A DNA stretch of 64,000 nucleotides from Macrostomum lignano (Eukaryota), in NCBI GenBank assembly GCA_002269645.1, contig NIVC01000267.1:186001-250000 (forward strand). Reading direction: 5' to 3'. Made by a program: the position numbers and the translations under genes. Numbering within the stretch: position 1 is the first letter of the stretch; the number at the start of each line of letters is the position of its first letter. Below are positions 1-12,626 of this stretch, piece by piece. The notes under the pieces were generated by a model. It ran no database searches and was not told the origin of the DNA. It was given only the letters and a program-made list of their open reading frames with translations.

Positions 1-128
1 TGAGAGTGACAGATCAGAGAGAGTGACAGATCAGAGTGAGTGACAGATCATGGTGAACGACAGATCAGAGTGAGTGACAGATCATGGTGAGTGACAGATC
101 AGAGTGAGTGACAGATCAGAGTGAGTGA
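1..128. repeat. Minisatellite, gagtgacagatca-type units (15-19 bp)
   Basis: Visible tandem copies; truncated by the window edge. Confidence 0.85.
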
Positions 129-1024
129 GAGCTCAAAGTGACAGTAACAGAGTAGAGTAACAACGTGGCAGATTTTTCGGCGTGAAGACGGGAGAAAGGC
201 TCGCACAAGAGCTGTAGTGAGCTTGTTGCAGAAGCTGATTAACACGGTTATTAAGCAGAAGAATGCCAGTATTTGGTTGTGCACGCGGGCCTCTGTCTAC
301 TTACTACAAATCGGTATATTTAGTTTCACACACGATGCCATTAAAGAGGGGGGCAACAGACAGGTTCAGCTGCTCAATGCTGACAAAAGTCAATTTTACA
401 ATACAATCTTGCATAAGAAGCAGCCAGCTCGAGCTTATAACAGTTAGATGTGTGCAACTGCCGAGTGTACTAAAACATTGTTAGAAAAGTGCAAAACAAA
501 ACTGAGACAAATTGTTGTGCACTTGCAAATTCTCTAAGCTAAACAGTCTGTTGTGCTTTCCAGAATTGTGCATTGCTATAAGGTAAAATACACAGAGGAA
601 CTGGGCCGAATTTAGTCTAAAGTTTGTCGAAAAACTGATTTGCTTAAATAACTACTTCGGTGCAGAACATTGATTGATTCGATTTTCTTCTCTACTATAA
701 GTAGCTTGACTGTACGGATTTTATGAAAATAGAGGGCCGCTTAATGAACAATCGGAGCAATAGAGTTCTAAACTGCTTCATCAAGTTGTGGGGAGGGGGC
801 TCCTTGGAGCACGAAGTACGCGTACTAATACTTTGACAGCGCGATAAGGTTACGAAGATAGAAGCAGACCTGCAAACAGAAACTGACTAAGTCCTAATAG
901 ACCAAAAAGAGGACGAATGGACAAAGTTGATGCCAGTATAACAACAAATAACAGCAATATGTGATGCTAAGCGAAATGACGGTTGCGTCTCCACTTGTGT
1001 TCCGACAGTGCAGCCAGTCACAGC

Positions 1025-1416
1025 TCAGTACACTTCCACGTGACTGCCACCGTAGGGATTGTCAGAGCCATCTCCCAGAAATTGCTGCTGCTGCTGCTGC
1101 TGCTGAGGCGGCGGCGGCAGCTGCGACTGCTGCTGCGAGAGAATCGGCGGCGGCGGCAGCGGGCCTCCAGCCGGCAGGAAGCCTCCGCTGGCCAGCGACA
1201 TCGGCGGCGGTGGTGGTGGTGGCGGCGGCGGCACCCAGGCCAGACCGACTGCAGCAGCTGCAGCCGCCGCAGCTGCTGCCGCAGCCGCCGATGCTGACGA
1301 AGCAGCGGCTGAGGACGTCGGTGCGCCGGCAGCGGCGGCGGCGGCTCCCGGCGTGAGCTCCAGCAGTGTGGTCGACCCGTTGCCATAGTGATACTCGGAG
1401 CCGGAGTCCAGGTCGC
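1025..1416 (-). CDS. Lhx3/4: Lhx3/4 last coding exon (poly-Ala/Pro/Gln tail, ends ...GGSHVEVY*)
   Basis: Acceptor attattag at 1417, phase-1 compatible; 392 bp open to the stop at 1027-1025. Confidence 0.8.
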
Positions 1417-1423
1417 CTAATAA

Positions 1424-1492
1424 TTTGATTGGTTGATTGGTTGGTTGATTGATTGATTGATTTTTTGATTGATTGATTGACTGATTGATTGG

Positions 1493-1529
<37 letters not shown>

Positions 1530-1558
1530 TGATTAATTAATTGGTTGGTTGGTTGATT
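1424..1558. repeat. (GATT/GGTT)n microsatellite in Lhx3/4 intron
   Basis: Direct reading. Confidence 0.9.
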
Positions 1559-1652
1559 CGATAAATTCCAAAGAGGAATTCGCGTTACTCGTACACTACT
1601 GCGAGAAGTAAAAAGTAACGGATTTTGATGGTTAATAAAAGCGACGGCTTAC

Positions 1653-1816
1653 TCTGGTAGGACATGTCATGCGGATCGTTGCTGATTTGATCGTCGCTGC
1701 CGATGTCGCTCTCGCCGATGCCTTTGCCGCCGGGACTTTTGCCACCGCCGACGCCGCGAAAATACGGGCTCCAGCGCTGCCTACCGGCGTCCTTCTTCAG
1801 GCGCTTCTCCTTGGCG
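1653..1816 (-). CDS. Lhx3/4: Lhx3/4 exon: end of homeodomain plus family signature
   Basis: R-AKEKRLKKDAGRQRW is the Lhx3/4-specific post-homeodomain motif. Acceptor cccgcag, donor A|gtaagc. Confidence 0.92.
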
Positions 1817-1875
1817 CTGCGGGTGGCAGAGTGGATGAGATTTTCGATGTGGCAAAGCGGATTGAGGAGATGAGA

Positions 1876-1949
1876 GAAGGGGAGGATGGGAGGATGGGAT
1901 GATGGGAGGATGGGATGATGGGAGGATAGGAAGATGGGGATGATGGGAT
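1876..1949. repeat. gggaggat/gggatgat short repeat in Lhx3/4 intron
   Basis: Direct reading. Confidence 0.75.
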
Positions 1950-1968
1950 GTGCTGTCTCGTCACTCAC

Positions 1969-2146
1969 CGCCTGTTCTGGAACCAGACTTGGACCACTCG
2001 CATGTCCAGCCCGGTCTCCGAGCTGAGCTGCTCCCGGATGTGCCTGGCCGGCTTGGAGGACTCATTGTAGGCCCGCTTGAGGGCTTCCAGCTGCTTGGCC
2101 GCGATGGTCGTGCGGGGCCGCTTGCTGCCGGACTCCAGCTCGGCCT
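1969..2146 (-). CDS. Lhx3/4: Lhx3/4 homeodomain exon
   Basis: [51 protein letters not shown]. Acceptor ccccag, donor CG|gtgagt; 178 bp keeps the frame. Confidence 0.95.
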
Positions 2147-2339
2147 CTGGGGATGCGGGCGGCGGAAAAGGAGGTCCGTTTTTTGGGGATTCTCTGGGAT
2201 TTCGAACTAGCTATAGCTGGATAATCCTGATTGGTTTTTTTCAACTAAGGCAACCCAATTTTTTTGGCTTCTAAAATTTCTAAAATTTTTATTTTTATTC
2301 TTCAATTTGCAAAATCCGTTAGTTTTGATGGGAATCTTG

Positions 2340-2617
2340 AATTTCTATGGGAAACTGGGGAGTTTCTATGAGAAACTGGGGAGTTTCTATGGGAAGCTGG
2401 GAAGTTTCTATGGGAAACTGCGAAGTTTATATGGGAAACCGGGAAGTTTCTATGGGAAACTGGGAAGTTTCTATGGAAAACTGGGAAGTTTCTATGGGAA
2501 ACTGGGAAGTTTCTATGGGAAACGGGGAAGTTTCTATGGGAAACTGGGGAGTTTCTATGGGAAACTGGTAGTTTCTATGAAAAGCTGGGGAATTTCTATG
2601 GGAAACTGGAAAGTTCC
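2340..2617. repeat. 21-bp minisatellite GGGAAACTGGGAAGTTTCTAT
   Basis: About 13 copies. Confidence 0.9.
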
Positions 2618-2915
2618 AATGGAATCTGAGGTGAATTTCAATGGGGATCTGAGGGAATTTCAATGGGAAACTGGAAAGTTCCAATGGAATCTGAGGTGAA
2701 TTTCAATGGGGATCTGAGGGAATTTCAATGGGGATCTGAGGGAATTTCAATGGGGATCTGAGGGAATTTCAATGGGGATCTGAGGGAATTTCAATGGGGA
2801 TCTGAGGGAATTTCATTAGGGATCTGAGGAAATTTCATTAGGGATCTGACGGAGCTTCAATGGGATCTGAGAGAGTTTCAATGGGGATCTGAGGGAAGTT
2901 CGATGGGGATCTGAG
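2618..2915. repeat. 22-bp minisatellite GGGATCTGAGGGAATTTCAATG
   Basis: Tandem copies abutting the LIM exon donor. Confidence 0.9.
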
Positions 2916-2928
2916 GCACGTCTCTCAC

Positions 2929-3300
2929 CCCTGGACTTGGCCGCCTCGTAGTCCTGCTTGCACATGAGCTTCTTGTCCTCCAGCAGGTAGAACTCATCTC
3001 CAGTGTTCAGCTGCCGGGCGCAGGTCTGGCAGGCGAAGCAGGCCAGGTGGTAAACGCTGTCCCCGGCCTTGCGGATCACCTGAGCCGGCGGTATGCCCTC
3101 GTTGCAGCCCGAGCACTTGGTGCCGAAACGGCGGAAGAAGTCGGCCTTGCACAGCAGCAGGCTGTCCTTGGTGAAGCACTTGCTGGTCAGGGGCGCCTTG
3201 CAGTCGGCGCAGCGAAGGCAGCGCGAGTGCCAGCAGCGCTCCAGGACGCGCAGGATCACCCGGTCCAGGATTCGCTCGTTGCAGCCGCCGCAGAACGGAG
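2929..3300 (-). CDS. Lhx3/4: Lhx3/4 exon encoding two LIM domains
   Basis: [33 protein letters not shown]...[72 protein letters not shown] matches the Lhx3/4 LIM1-LIM2 pattern. Acceptor ctctctcag at 3301; donor G|gtgaga at 2928. Confidence 0.95.
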
Positions 3301-3336
3301 CTGAGAGAGGGGCGGGGCCGGTTGCGGGTGTGTGAG

Positions 3337-4190
3337 AGTCTGATCTAATCTAGTTAGTGTCTGATCTCACCTAGCTAGTGTCTGATCTCACCTAGCTAGT
3401 GTCTGATCTCACCTAGCCAGTGTCTGATCTCACCTAGCTAGTGTCTGATCTCACCTAGCTAGTGTCTGATCTCACCTAGCTAGTGTCTGATCTCACCTAG
3501 CTAGTGTCTGATCTCACCTAGCTAGTGTCTGATCTCACCTATTTTGTGTCCAATCTCACCCAGTAAAGTGTCTGATCTCATCCAGTTAAGTGTCTGATCT
3601 CATCCAGTTAAGTGTCTGATCTCACCCAGTTAAGTGTCTGATCTCATCCAGTTAAGTGTCTGATCTCACCCAGTTAAGTGTCTGATCTCATCCAGTTAAG
3701 TGTCTGATCTCTTCCAGTTAAGTGTCTGATCTCATCCAGTTAAGTGTCTAATCTCATCCAGTTAAGTGTCTAATCTCATTCAGTTAAGTGTCTGATCTCA
3801 TCCAGTTTAGTGTCTAATCTCATCCAGTTAAGGGTGTGATCTCATCCAGTTAAGTGTCTAATCTCACCCAGTTAAGTGTCTAATCTCACCCAGTTAAGTG
3901 TCTGATTTCACCCAGTTAAGTGTCTGATTTCACCCAGTTAAGTGTCTGATCTCATCGAGTTAAGTGTCTGATCTCATCGAGTTAAGTGTCTGATCTCATC
4001 CAGTTAAGGGTCTGATCACATCCAGTTAAGTGCCTGATCTCATCCAGTAAAGTGTCTAATCTCATCCAGTTAAGGGTCTGATCTCATCCAGTTAAGGGTC
4101 TGATCTCATCCAGTAAAGTGTCTAATCTCATCCAGTTTGGTGTCTAATCTCCTCCAGCTGAGTTTCTGATCTCACCCTGTTAGTGTCCAA
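3337..4190. repeat. 21/22-bp minisatellite GTGTCTGATCTCACCTAGCTA grading into GTGTCTGATCTCATCCAGTTAA
   Basis: Direct reading; two sub-arrays. Confidence 0.92.
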
Positions 4191-5080
4191 TCCCAATTTA
4201 ACTGAGACACTTGAATCGAAACGGGATCCAACCCTTCACGAGCTCGCCTGACCCCCTGCCGGCTCGCTGCCCGGATGCGGGAGAAAATCCGCCTGGTCCT
4301 CTCCATCCCCTATCGAATCCCAGGTATAGGGAGGAAATATGGATGAAAAAGAGTCCAGCGCGACCCCGGGCGTTCTGGGAGGGGATTTGGGGATAAATTC
4401 TCTGTATAAGCTTGACCGCAGCGGGAGCTCAATAAAAATAAAAAAACTCCCATTCCCAGTCTGATCCACCTCTCCCCGGACCGGAGCTAACTCAATTATC
4501 CAGTCCAGCCTCCCATAATTCTGTCTCTCTCAGATGGCGGGGTTGGATAAAAAAGGGCCTGGCAGCAGCTACCCAACCACTTTGCTCACTTTGAGTCCGC
4601 TGCTCAACTCAAACTCATCTGCCCGGTGGAGAACAATAGCATAGGCACGGGGCAGGTCATCGGTAGCTTTGATCCGCTGCGGCCTCTACAGTCTCTCAAA
4701 GCTTCCCCATCAGTTACCGGAAGGAAGCCCGTGGCGGTCGGTCCCCTCTCATGCTTAACCCGATCTGCGTTAACACTTTGACAGGCCAATAACAGTCAGC
4801 TATGGGGTTTGCTGCGCTGACTCTGCAATTGTCTTTTTGGCTCGGTGACGAATGCTTGCAGACAGGCCGTCAGCATCGGGTTTACAGCCACCGCCTCTAT
4901 TGAACAACGGCGGTTACATTATAGAGATTGGTGTACACTTTTGCCGATTGGAGCTCTACTTAGCGACATTGAAAGGAAGATTTTAGTAGTTAGTGTAGAA
5001 AGATTTTCGGAATGACAATCAGAAATTGGTTGAGTAAATGCAGATTGGATGAATAGAATGTCAGATAAGCAGGGGTAGTT

Positions 5081-6330
5081 TCGCAGATTGGGGGGGTAGA
5101 ATCGATTGGAGGGTAGAATTGCAGATTGGAGAGTGGAATCGCAGTTTGGAGGATAGAGTCGTAGATTGGAGGGTTGAATCGCAGATTGGAGGGTAGAATC
5201 GCAGATTGGAGGGTAGAATCGCAGATTGGAGGGTAGAATTGCATATTTGAGGGTAGAATCGCAGATTGGAGGGTAGAATCGCAGATTGGAGGGTAGAATT
5301 GCAGATTGGAGAGTGGAATCGCAGTTTGGAGGGTAGAATCGCAGATTGAAGAGGTAGAATCGCAGTTTGGAGGATAGAATCGCAGATTGGAGGGTAGAAT
5401 CGCAGATTGGAGGGTAGAATCGCAGATTGGAGGGTAGAATCGCAGATTGGAGGGTAGAATCGCAGATTGGAGGGTAGAATCGCAGATTGGAGGGTAGAAT
5501 CGCAGATTGGAGGGTAGAATTGCAGATTGGAGAGTGGAATCGCAGTTTGGAGGGTAGAATCGCAGATTGGAGGGTAGAATTGCAGATTGGAAGGTAGAAT
5601 CGCAGATTGGAGGGTAGAATCGCAGATTGGAAGGTAGAATTGCAGATTGGAAGGTAGAATTGCAGATTGGAAGGTAGAATTGCAGATTGGAAGGTAGAAT
5701 CGCAGATTGGAAGGTAGAATTGCAGATTGGAAGGTAGAATTGCAGATTGGAAGGTAGAATTGCAGATTGGAAGGTAGAATTGCAGATTGGAAGGTAGAAT
5801 TGCAGATTGGAGAGTAGAATCGCAGATTGAAGAGGTAGAATCGCAGATTGAAGAGGTAGAATCGCAGATTGGAGGGTAGAATCGCAGATTGGAGGGTAGA
5901 ATTGCAGATTGGAGAGTGGAATCGCAGTTTGGAGGATAGAGTCGTAGATTGGAGGGTAGAATCGCAGATTGGAGGGTAGAATCGCAGATTGGAGGGTAGA
6001 ATCGCAGATTGAAGAGGTAGAATCGCAGATTGGAAGGTAGAATTGCAGATTGGAAGGTAGAATTGCAGATTGGAGGGTAGAATCGCAGATTGGAAGGTAG
6101 AATCGCAGATTGAAGAGGTAGAATCGCAGATTGGAAGGTAGAATTGCAGATTGGAGGGTAGAATTGCAGATTGGAAGGTAGAATTGCAGATTGGAGGGTA
6201 GAATCGCAGATTGGAAGGTAGAATCGCAGATTGAAGAGGTAGAATCGCAGATTGGAAGGTAGAATTGCAGATTGGAAGGTAGAATCGCAGATTGGAGGGT
6301 AGAATCGCATACTGGAGGGGTAGAATCGCA
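5081..6330. repeat. 21-bp minisatellite GGAGGGTAGAATCGCAGATT(G)
   Basis: About 58 copies; explains ORFs 4919..6310 and 5061..6398. Confidence 0.95.
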
Positions 6331-7813
6331 GAAATAGAAACCTGTTTATGAGGGAGCAGAAGCTGAGCTCCGAGTAGCAGAAATTTGAGTGCAGTCAAGC
6401 AGAAACAAATCAGAAACTAATTTGCTATCCCGCAGAAACAGTAGACATTTTCTCCTGCAGTTCCCGGAAACTGAGAATCTTCATCAAATCCAGTCAGTAT
6501 TCCCAGGCGAATCGCCGAGCCAGCCCGCTAACCGGCTGTCCTCTTCATCATCATCAGTCGCAGGATTCCCCGTTTCTGAGCCAAGATTGCAGTTGCACGC
6601 CACGCAGCTCGGGGGATTAAAAGACTCGCCGCAGATTAAAGATGGGAGAAAAGCGCTCATCGCACCCCCTCCTTCGCCTGCCAGCCACCTTGGGGAAGAT
6701 TTCTAATCGGGAAGACGCTGCGTTTCAAGCGAAACCTGCCCTCCACTGGCCATCTGGCATCTCTGTAAGCCTCGCCTTACTAAGAAGCTGACAAGGAAGC
6801 CACTTAACCGATATTCAACCGCAAAGCAGTTGAATATTTTTATTAAAAAGTAAACTGGGTTTTCACAACCGGTTTAGAGATGCGAAAGAGCGAGCGATGT
6901 CTGCCAACCCAGGCCATCTCGATCTCTTCTATGCTCAAAGCAAACAGTGCGCTAAAAACCTCCAACCCGCCCAGTGATTTTCACCTCTCCCTGACCAAGC
7001 AAATATGGCCCGGGCATGCAGGCTTCATCACAGGATCCGTGAGCTCTGGTGTTAGCATGGTGGCCGTATGGTGATATTATTATTTTTTCCTTAGTCAAAT
7101 ATGGCTCTGTGAACGCGTGCCCAACCCGCGCGGGGGCACCTTCAGTCATTGATCAAATATTGATGCCTATTTGGGCTCCTGTTACAGTGAAACATTTGGG
7201 TCTGGGGGGCCCAGCAGAACGCAGTACCCGTATATGGAATCGCTCCCTCACTCTCGCTCTCATCGCGGGTCAGGTTGTTGGCCTAAATTTTCAATAGAGG
7301 AACACGGGCACTTGCTGCTTCTACTGCCCCTGCTGCCCCTGCTCTCACTTTCATCTCTGCTTCTATTCTAGTGCTTTGGAGTTAAATTGAAGCTGTTGCA
7401 TGTGTCAAGAGGAAGTCTAGTATAGCTAGGCGGGTTTTTCTACACCCCCAAATATCCCCTTACTCTCAGATCCCCTGAGTCAGCTGAAGACTCTGGGGGG
7501 GGGGTTTGCTTTTAACTGTTGCAACTTTTTATGAGTTTTCCAGCGCTTTGGTAGATGGAGATCAGCTGCAGGGACCCTCCCGGCACTTAATGGAGCTGCT
7601 TGACAGAATCACTTAAGCTGCTGGTCACGCGCCCACAAATTTAAAGCAATATATATTTTTTTCCAAAGCCGAGAGATAATCTCGCGAACGAAAAGTTTTA
7701 ATTAGTGCAGATACGGGGGGAGCATTTAGTCTCAGCTAAACTGCAGAAATATTTATAGCACACTGATATGGGAATAAAAACCGCAGTTGATTGATTATTG
7801 CCATGCATTTCCT

Positions 7814-8340
7814 TACCTGTGTGATCCCTCTATGCCTCTGTGATCCCGCTATACTTGTGTGATCCCTATCTACCTGTGTGATCCCTCTATACCTGTGTGA
7901 TCCCTCTATACCTGTGTGATCCCTCTCTATACCTGTGTGATCCCTATCTACCTGTGTGATCCCTCTCTATACCTGTGTGATCCCTATCTACCTGTGTGAT
8001 CCCTCTCTATACCTGTGTGATCCCTCTCTATACCTGTGTGATCCCTCTATACCTGTGTGATCCCTCTATGCCTCTGTGATCCCTGTCTATACCTGTGTGA
8101 TCCCTCTCTATATCTGTGTGATCCCTCTCTATACCTGTGTGATCCTTCTATGCCTCTGTGATCCCTCTCTATACCTGTGTGATCCCTATCTACCTGTGTG
8201 ATCCCTCTATGCCTCTGTGATCCCTCTCTATACCTGTGTGATCCCTATCTACCTGTGTGATCCCTCTATGCCTCTGTGATCCCTCTCTATACCTGTGTGA
8301 TCCTTCTGTACCCGTGTGATCGCTCAAACCTGTGTGACCC
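7814..8340. repeat. About 21-23 bp minisatellite TACCTGTGTGATCCCTCT(CT)A
   Basis: Direct reading; starts just past the candidate exon-1 donor. Confidence 0.92.
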
Positions 8341-8386
8341 CCTAATCTCTTTCTGTGCTATCCCCCAGCACGCATAATCCTCTCAC

Positions 8387-8483
8387 CTTCAGTGATCCTG
8401 GCCAGCGGGCCACCCCTGGAGGCAGTCGACCCGGCGGCTTCCAGCTGCTGCAGCTGCGGCTCCACCGGACTCGGTTCGCTCAT
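8387..8483 (-). CDS. Lhx3/4: Lhx3/4 candidate first coding exon (MSEPSPVEPQLQQLEAAGSTASRGGPLARITE-G)
   Basis: ATG at 8483-8481 in an open frame, GC-rich codons, ends GAA G|gtgaga. This phase-1 donor matches the phase-1 acceptor of the LIM exon at 3300. No homology support for the peptide. Confidence 0.55.
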
Positions 8484-8659
8484 GCTGAAGTCCTCCGCGC
8501 TGCAGATGTCTGCCTGCTCAAAGTCTGACAATCGCTGCTCTAGCTCGATCGGGAAAATAATCCCCACTCAGATTTTAACGGCCCAGCTCTGGCGGGAGAC
8601 GCGGAAAAAAATGGGAGGGGAGGCAGGCAGGATTGAGACCGGGGATCTGGTGAGGGAGC

Positions 8660-8703
8660 TGGGATTGGCTCCGCGCCTCCTTGCTGCCAGGCTGGCCAAT
8701 CAG
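8660..8703 (-). promoter_or_regulatory. Two CCAAT boxes upstream of the candidate Lhx3/4 first exon
   Basis: ATTGG at 8664-8668 (agCCAATccc on minus) and CCAAT at 8696-8700, about 180-215 bp before the ATG. Confidence 0.3.
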
Positions 8704-8939
8704 TGCGAAAAATCTCCCAGCCAGCTTCTGAAATCAGTCATTTCTGAAACAGGGAATTTTTCAATTTGCAAAATGGGATCAAATCCCCAGAAGCAACCCG
8801 AGGCAAAAGGCATTGAGGAGAGTTGGAAAACAGAGCCGGAGCGAAATGGGAGCGACAGGAGAGGGGAAAGTGAGTTCAGAAAACGTAGAAAATGCAGAGG
8901 AGAGGAACGAGGGGATATAAGAGATTAAAGATCCAATAT

Positions 8940-9560
8940 TAGAGGAGATGAGAGAAGACAGAAGAGAGAAGAGAGAAGAGAGAAGAGAGGAGAGAGGAGA
9001 GAGGAGAGAGGAGAGAGGAGAGAGAAGAGAGAAGAGAGAAGAGAGAAGAGAGAAGATAGAAGAGAGAAGAGAGAAGAGAGAAGAGAGAAGAGAGGAGAGA
9101 GGAGAGAGAAGAGAGAAGAGAGAAGAGAGAAGAGAGAAGAGAGAAGAGAGAAGAGAGAAGAGAGAAGAGAGAAGAGAGAAGAGAGAAGAGAGAAGAAGGA
9201 GGAGAGAGGAGAGAGGAGAGAGGAGAGAGGAGAGAGAAGAGAGAAGACAGAAGAGAGAAGAGAGAAGAGAGAAGAGAAGAGAGAGGAGAGAGGAGAGAGA
9301 AGAGAGAAGAGAGGAGAGAGAAGAGAGAAGAGAAGAGAGAGGAGAGAGGAGAGAGAAAAGAGGAGAGAGGAGAGAGAAGAGAGAAGAGAGGAGAGAGGAG
9401 AGAGAAGAGAGAAGAGAGGAGAGAGAAGATAGAAGAGAGAAGAGAGAAGATAGAAGAGAGAAGAGAGAATACAGAAGAGAGGAGAGAAGAGAGAAGAGAG
9501 TAGAGAGTAAAGTAGGGAGTAGAGAGAAGAAAAAAGAGAGTAGAGAGTAGAGAACAGAAA
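8940..9560. repeat. Purine-rich (AGAGA/GGAGA)n
   Basis: Direct reading. Confidence 0.95.
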
Positions 9561-10099
9561 GAATTAAAAAGAGGGGATAAGAGACAAGAACGGAGAACAG
9601 GGAGATAAGAGAATGCAAGAACGGCAGTCACAGTTTCATGATACAAAACATTATCAAATTACGCTCGCATCAGCAGACCCGAGCAAAAGTCGGGGAAAAA
9701 CAGGCGGGGCAAGTCAAGTGGGACCCCATGAGCAAATTATTCGGGCAGTTGGTGCAACATGAGCCCTCAGCCAGGGCTGGTAATGTTTGCAGAAAAGAAT
9801 TTCTGTACATAGCTATAGGTTATTGGGTGCTGGTTAACAGTTCGGCTGTCTGAGTGGCTCCTATGTTTACATTGTCCGGAATCTGTCCATCACTCCCTGC
9901 CCTTTGCTTGTCGTTTCTTTCAGCCAATTTTAATTAAATTAAATTTTTTATTCGCCAAATTTCAATAACATGCTGGACTCAGTGCATGAGTCTGTCTTGA
10001 ATGCACTGTTAAGATTGACTTTCTAGAATTTTTTTTTTGATACCTGGCAGTCTTCTACCAGGAGCAATCAAAATGTATTGATGTCCTAATCGGCAGATA

Positions 10100-11548
10100 C
10101 GGACAGTGAGATAGACAGACAGACAGTGAGATAGACAGACAGTGAGATAGACAGACAGGGAGATAGACAGACAGGGAGATAGACAGACAGTGAGATAGAC
10201 ATGCAGACAGTGAGATAGACAGACAGTGAGATAGGCATGCAGACAGTGAGATAGACAGACAGTGAGATAGACAGATAGTGAGATAGACAGACAGTGAGAT
10301 AGACAGATAGTGAGATAGACAGACAGTGAGATAGGCATGCAGACAGTGAGATAGACAGATAGTGAGATAGACAGACAGTGAGATAGACAGACAGTGAGAT
10401 AGGCATGCAGACAGTGAGATAGACAGACAGTGAGATAGACAGATAGTGAGATAGACAGACAGTGAGATAGACAGATAGTGAGATAGACAGACAGTGAGAT
10501 AGGCATGCAGACAGTGAGATAGACAGATAGTGAGATAGACAGACAGTGAGATAGACAGACAGTGAGATAGACAGACAGTGAGATAGACAGACAGACAGTG
10601 AGATAGACAGACAGACAGGGAGATAGACAGACAGTGAGATAGACAGATAGTGAGATAGACAGACAGTGAGATAGACAGACAGTGAGATAGACAGACAGTG
10701 AGACAGACAGTGAGACAGACAGTGAGATAGACAGACAGTGAGATAGACAGACAGTGAGATAGACAGACAGTGAGATAGACAGACAGTGAGATAGACAGAC
10801 AGTGAGATAGACAGACAGTGAGACAGACAGTGAGATAGACAGACAGTGAGATAGACAGACAGTGAGATAGACAGACAGTGAGATAGACAGACAGTGAGAT
10901 AGACAGACAGTGAGATAGACAGACAGTGAGATAGACAGACAGTGAGACAGACAGTGAGATAGACAGACAGTGAGATAGACAGACAGTGAGATAGACAGAC
11001 AGTGAGATAGACAGACAGTGAGATAGACAGACAGTGAGATAGACAGACAGTGAGATAGACAGTAAGATAGACAGACAGTGAGATAGACAGACAGTGAGAT
11101 AGGCAGTGAGATAGACAGACAGTGAGATAGACAGACAGTGAGATAGACAGACAGTGAGATAGACAGACAGTGAGATAGACAGACAGTGAGATAGACAGAC
11201 AGTGAGATAGACAGACAGTGAGATAGACAGACAGTGAGATAGACAGACAGTGAGATAGACAGACAGTGAGATAGACAGACAGTGAGATAGACAGACAGTG
11301 AGACAGACAGTGAGATAGACAGACAGTGAGATAGACAGACAGTGAGATAGACAGACAGTGAGATAGACAGACAGTGAGATAGACAGACAGTGAGATAGAC
11401 AGACAGTGAGATAGACAGACAGTGAGATAGACAGACAGTGAGATAGACAGACAGTGAGATAGACAGACAGTGAGATAGACAGACAGTGAGATAGACAGAC
11501 AGTGAGATAGACAGACAGTGAGATAGACAGACAGTGAGATAGACAGAG
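10100..11548. repeat. 17-bp minisatellite AGACAGTGAGATAGAC(A)
   Basis: About 85 copies. Confidence 0.95.
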
Positions 11549-11934
11549 ATTGACATAATTCCACCGGCAAGATGCAGTCGCGACAGACAGGCAGTTCAAG
11601 ATCACTAAAAAGATATTAGTAATAGCAAATGATGCGGCCGGCTCAGTGACTGAAGCCTCGCGACCCAATCTCCGCTTAATTAACACGTATATCTCTCGCT
11701 CTCATCTCCGCGTATCCAAGGCCGGCCTCGGGGATTTTTATCAGGCAAAGGAGTTTTTTATCCGCATTTTAACTTTTAACTTCTCCCATGCGTGCAATAA
11801 AACAAGCCTTCACCGCCTCCCCCCTCCCAGCCGCAGAACTGAAGACCCACTCGGCTCTTTACATGGCGGTCGCAAGCCAGAAATCTGGGCATGGGAAACG
11901 GAGCTCCGGCTAATAGGCATCCAGAGCGGTGGTC

Positions 11935-12114
11935 CAGGGGGTCAAAGGGGGTCAAGGGTTGTCAAGGAAGGGGTCCAGGGGGACAAGGGGGTCAAGGGTG
12001 GCAAGGGTGGTAAAGGGAGGTCAAGTAAGGGGTCAATGGAGCGGTTAAGAGGGGTCAAGGGGGTTCAAGGGGGTCAAGGGGGTCAAGAGGGTCAAGGGGG
12101 TCAAGGGGGTCAGG
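11935..12114. repeat. 9-bp repeat GGGTCAAGG
   Basis: Direct reading; degenerate at the 5' end. Confidence 0.85.
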
Positions 12115-12626
12115 TGACTCCCCTGAAAGGGAATAGTCTTAGATCAACTCTCTTCAACCTTGCAACCATTGTACAGAGCAGTGCGGAAAATATGAATAGT
12201 TGAAATGTTTTGATGCAAAAAGACGCGAAAATAAGAGTCGAACCTGCCGCTCCGGACTCTCTGTTCGTCTGGGACTCTCTGGCCAGAGGTAGGAGAAGAA
12301 GCCGCAAAAAAGCAGAAGAGGAAGCCTGGAGGAGCAGCAGCTTAGTGGGGAGCACCTGTAATTATCTCCCGTTCTGAAAGATAATTAGAGCAGAATTGGC
12401 CTGCCGGCAGCTTCCCCGCCTCATGGCAACCAGGTTGAAGGTAATAAGGGGCGGCCCGGACTCAAATTATCCCGGGGGTTGCAGATGTGGGATAAACTGA
12501 GACTATCGAACGGGAGCGGATCAAGCCAACAGCAACCAACAAGAAGCTGATGTTTCTTTTTGTTCATTTTTCGATTCCTAACAGCAGCCTTTGGTGCTTT
12601 CTAGACTTCGATAGCCATTGATAGAT

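Noticed and set aside
217-484. Short ORFs at the window start
   Set aside because: No recognisable similarity or coding bias; likely downstream of the Lhx3/4 3' end.
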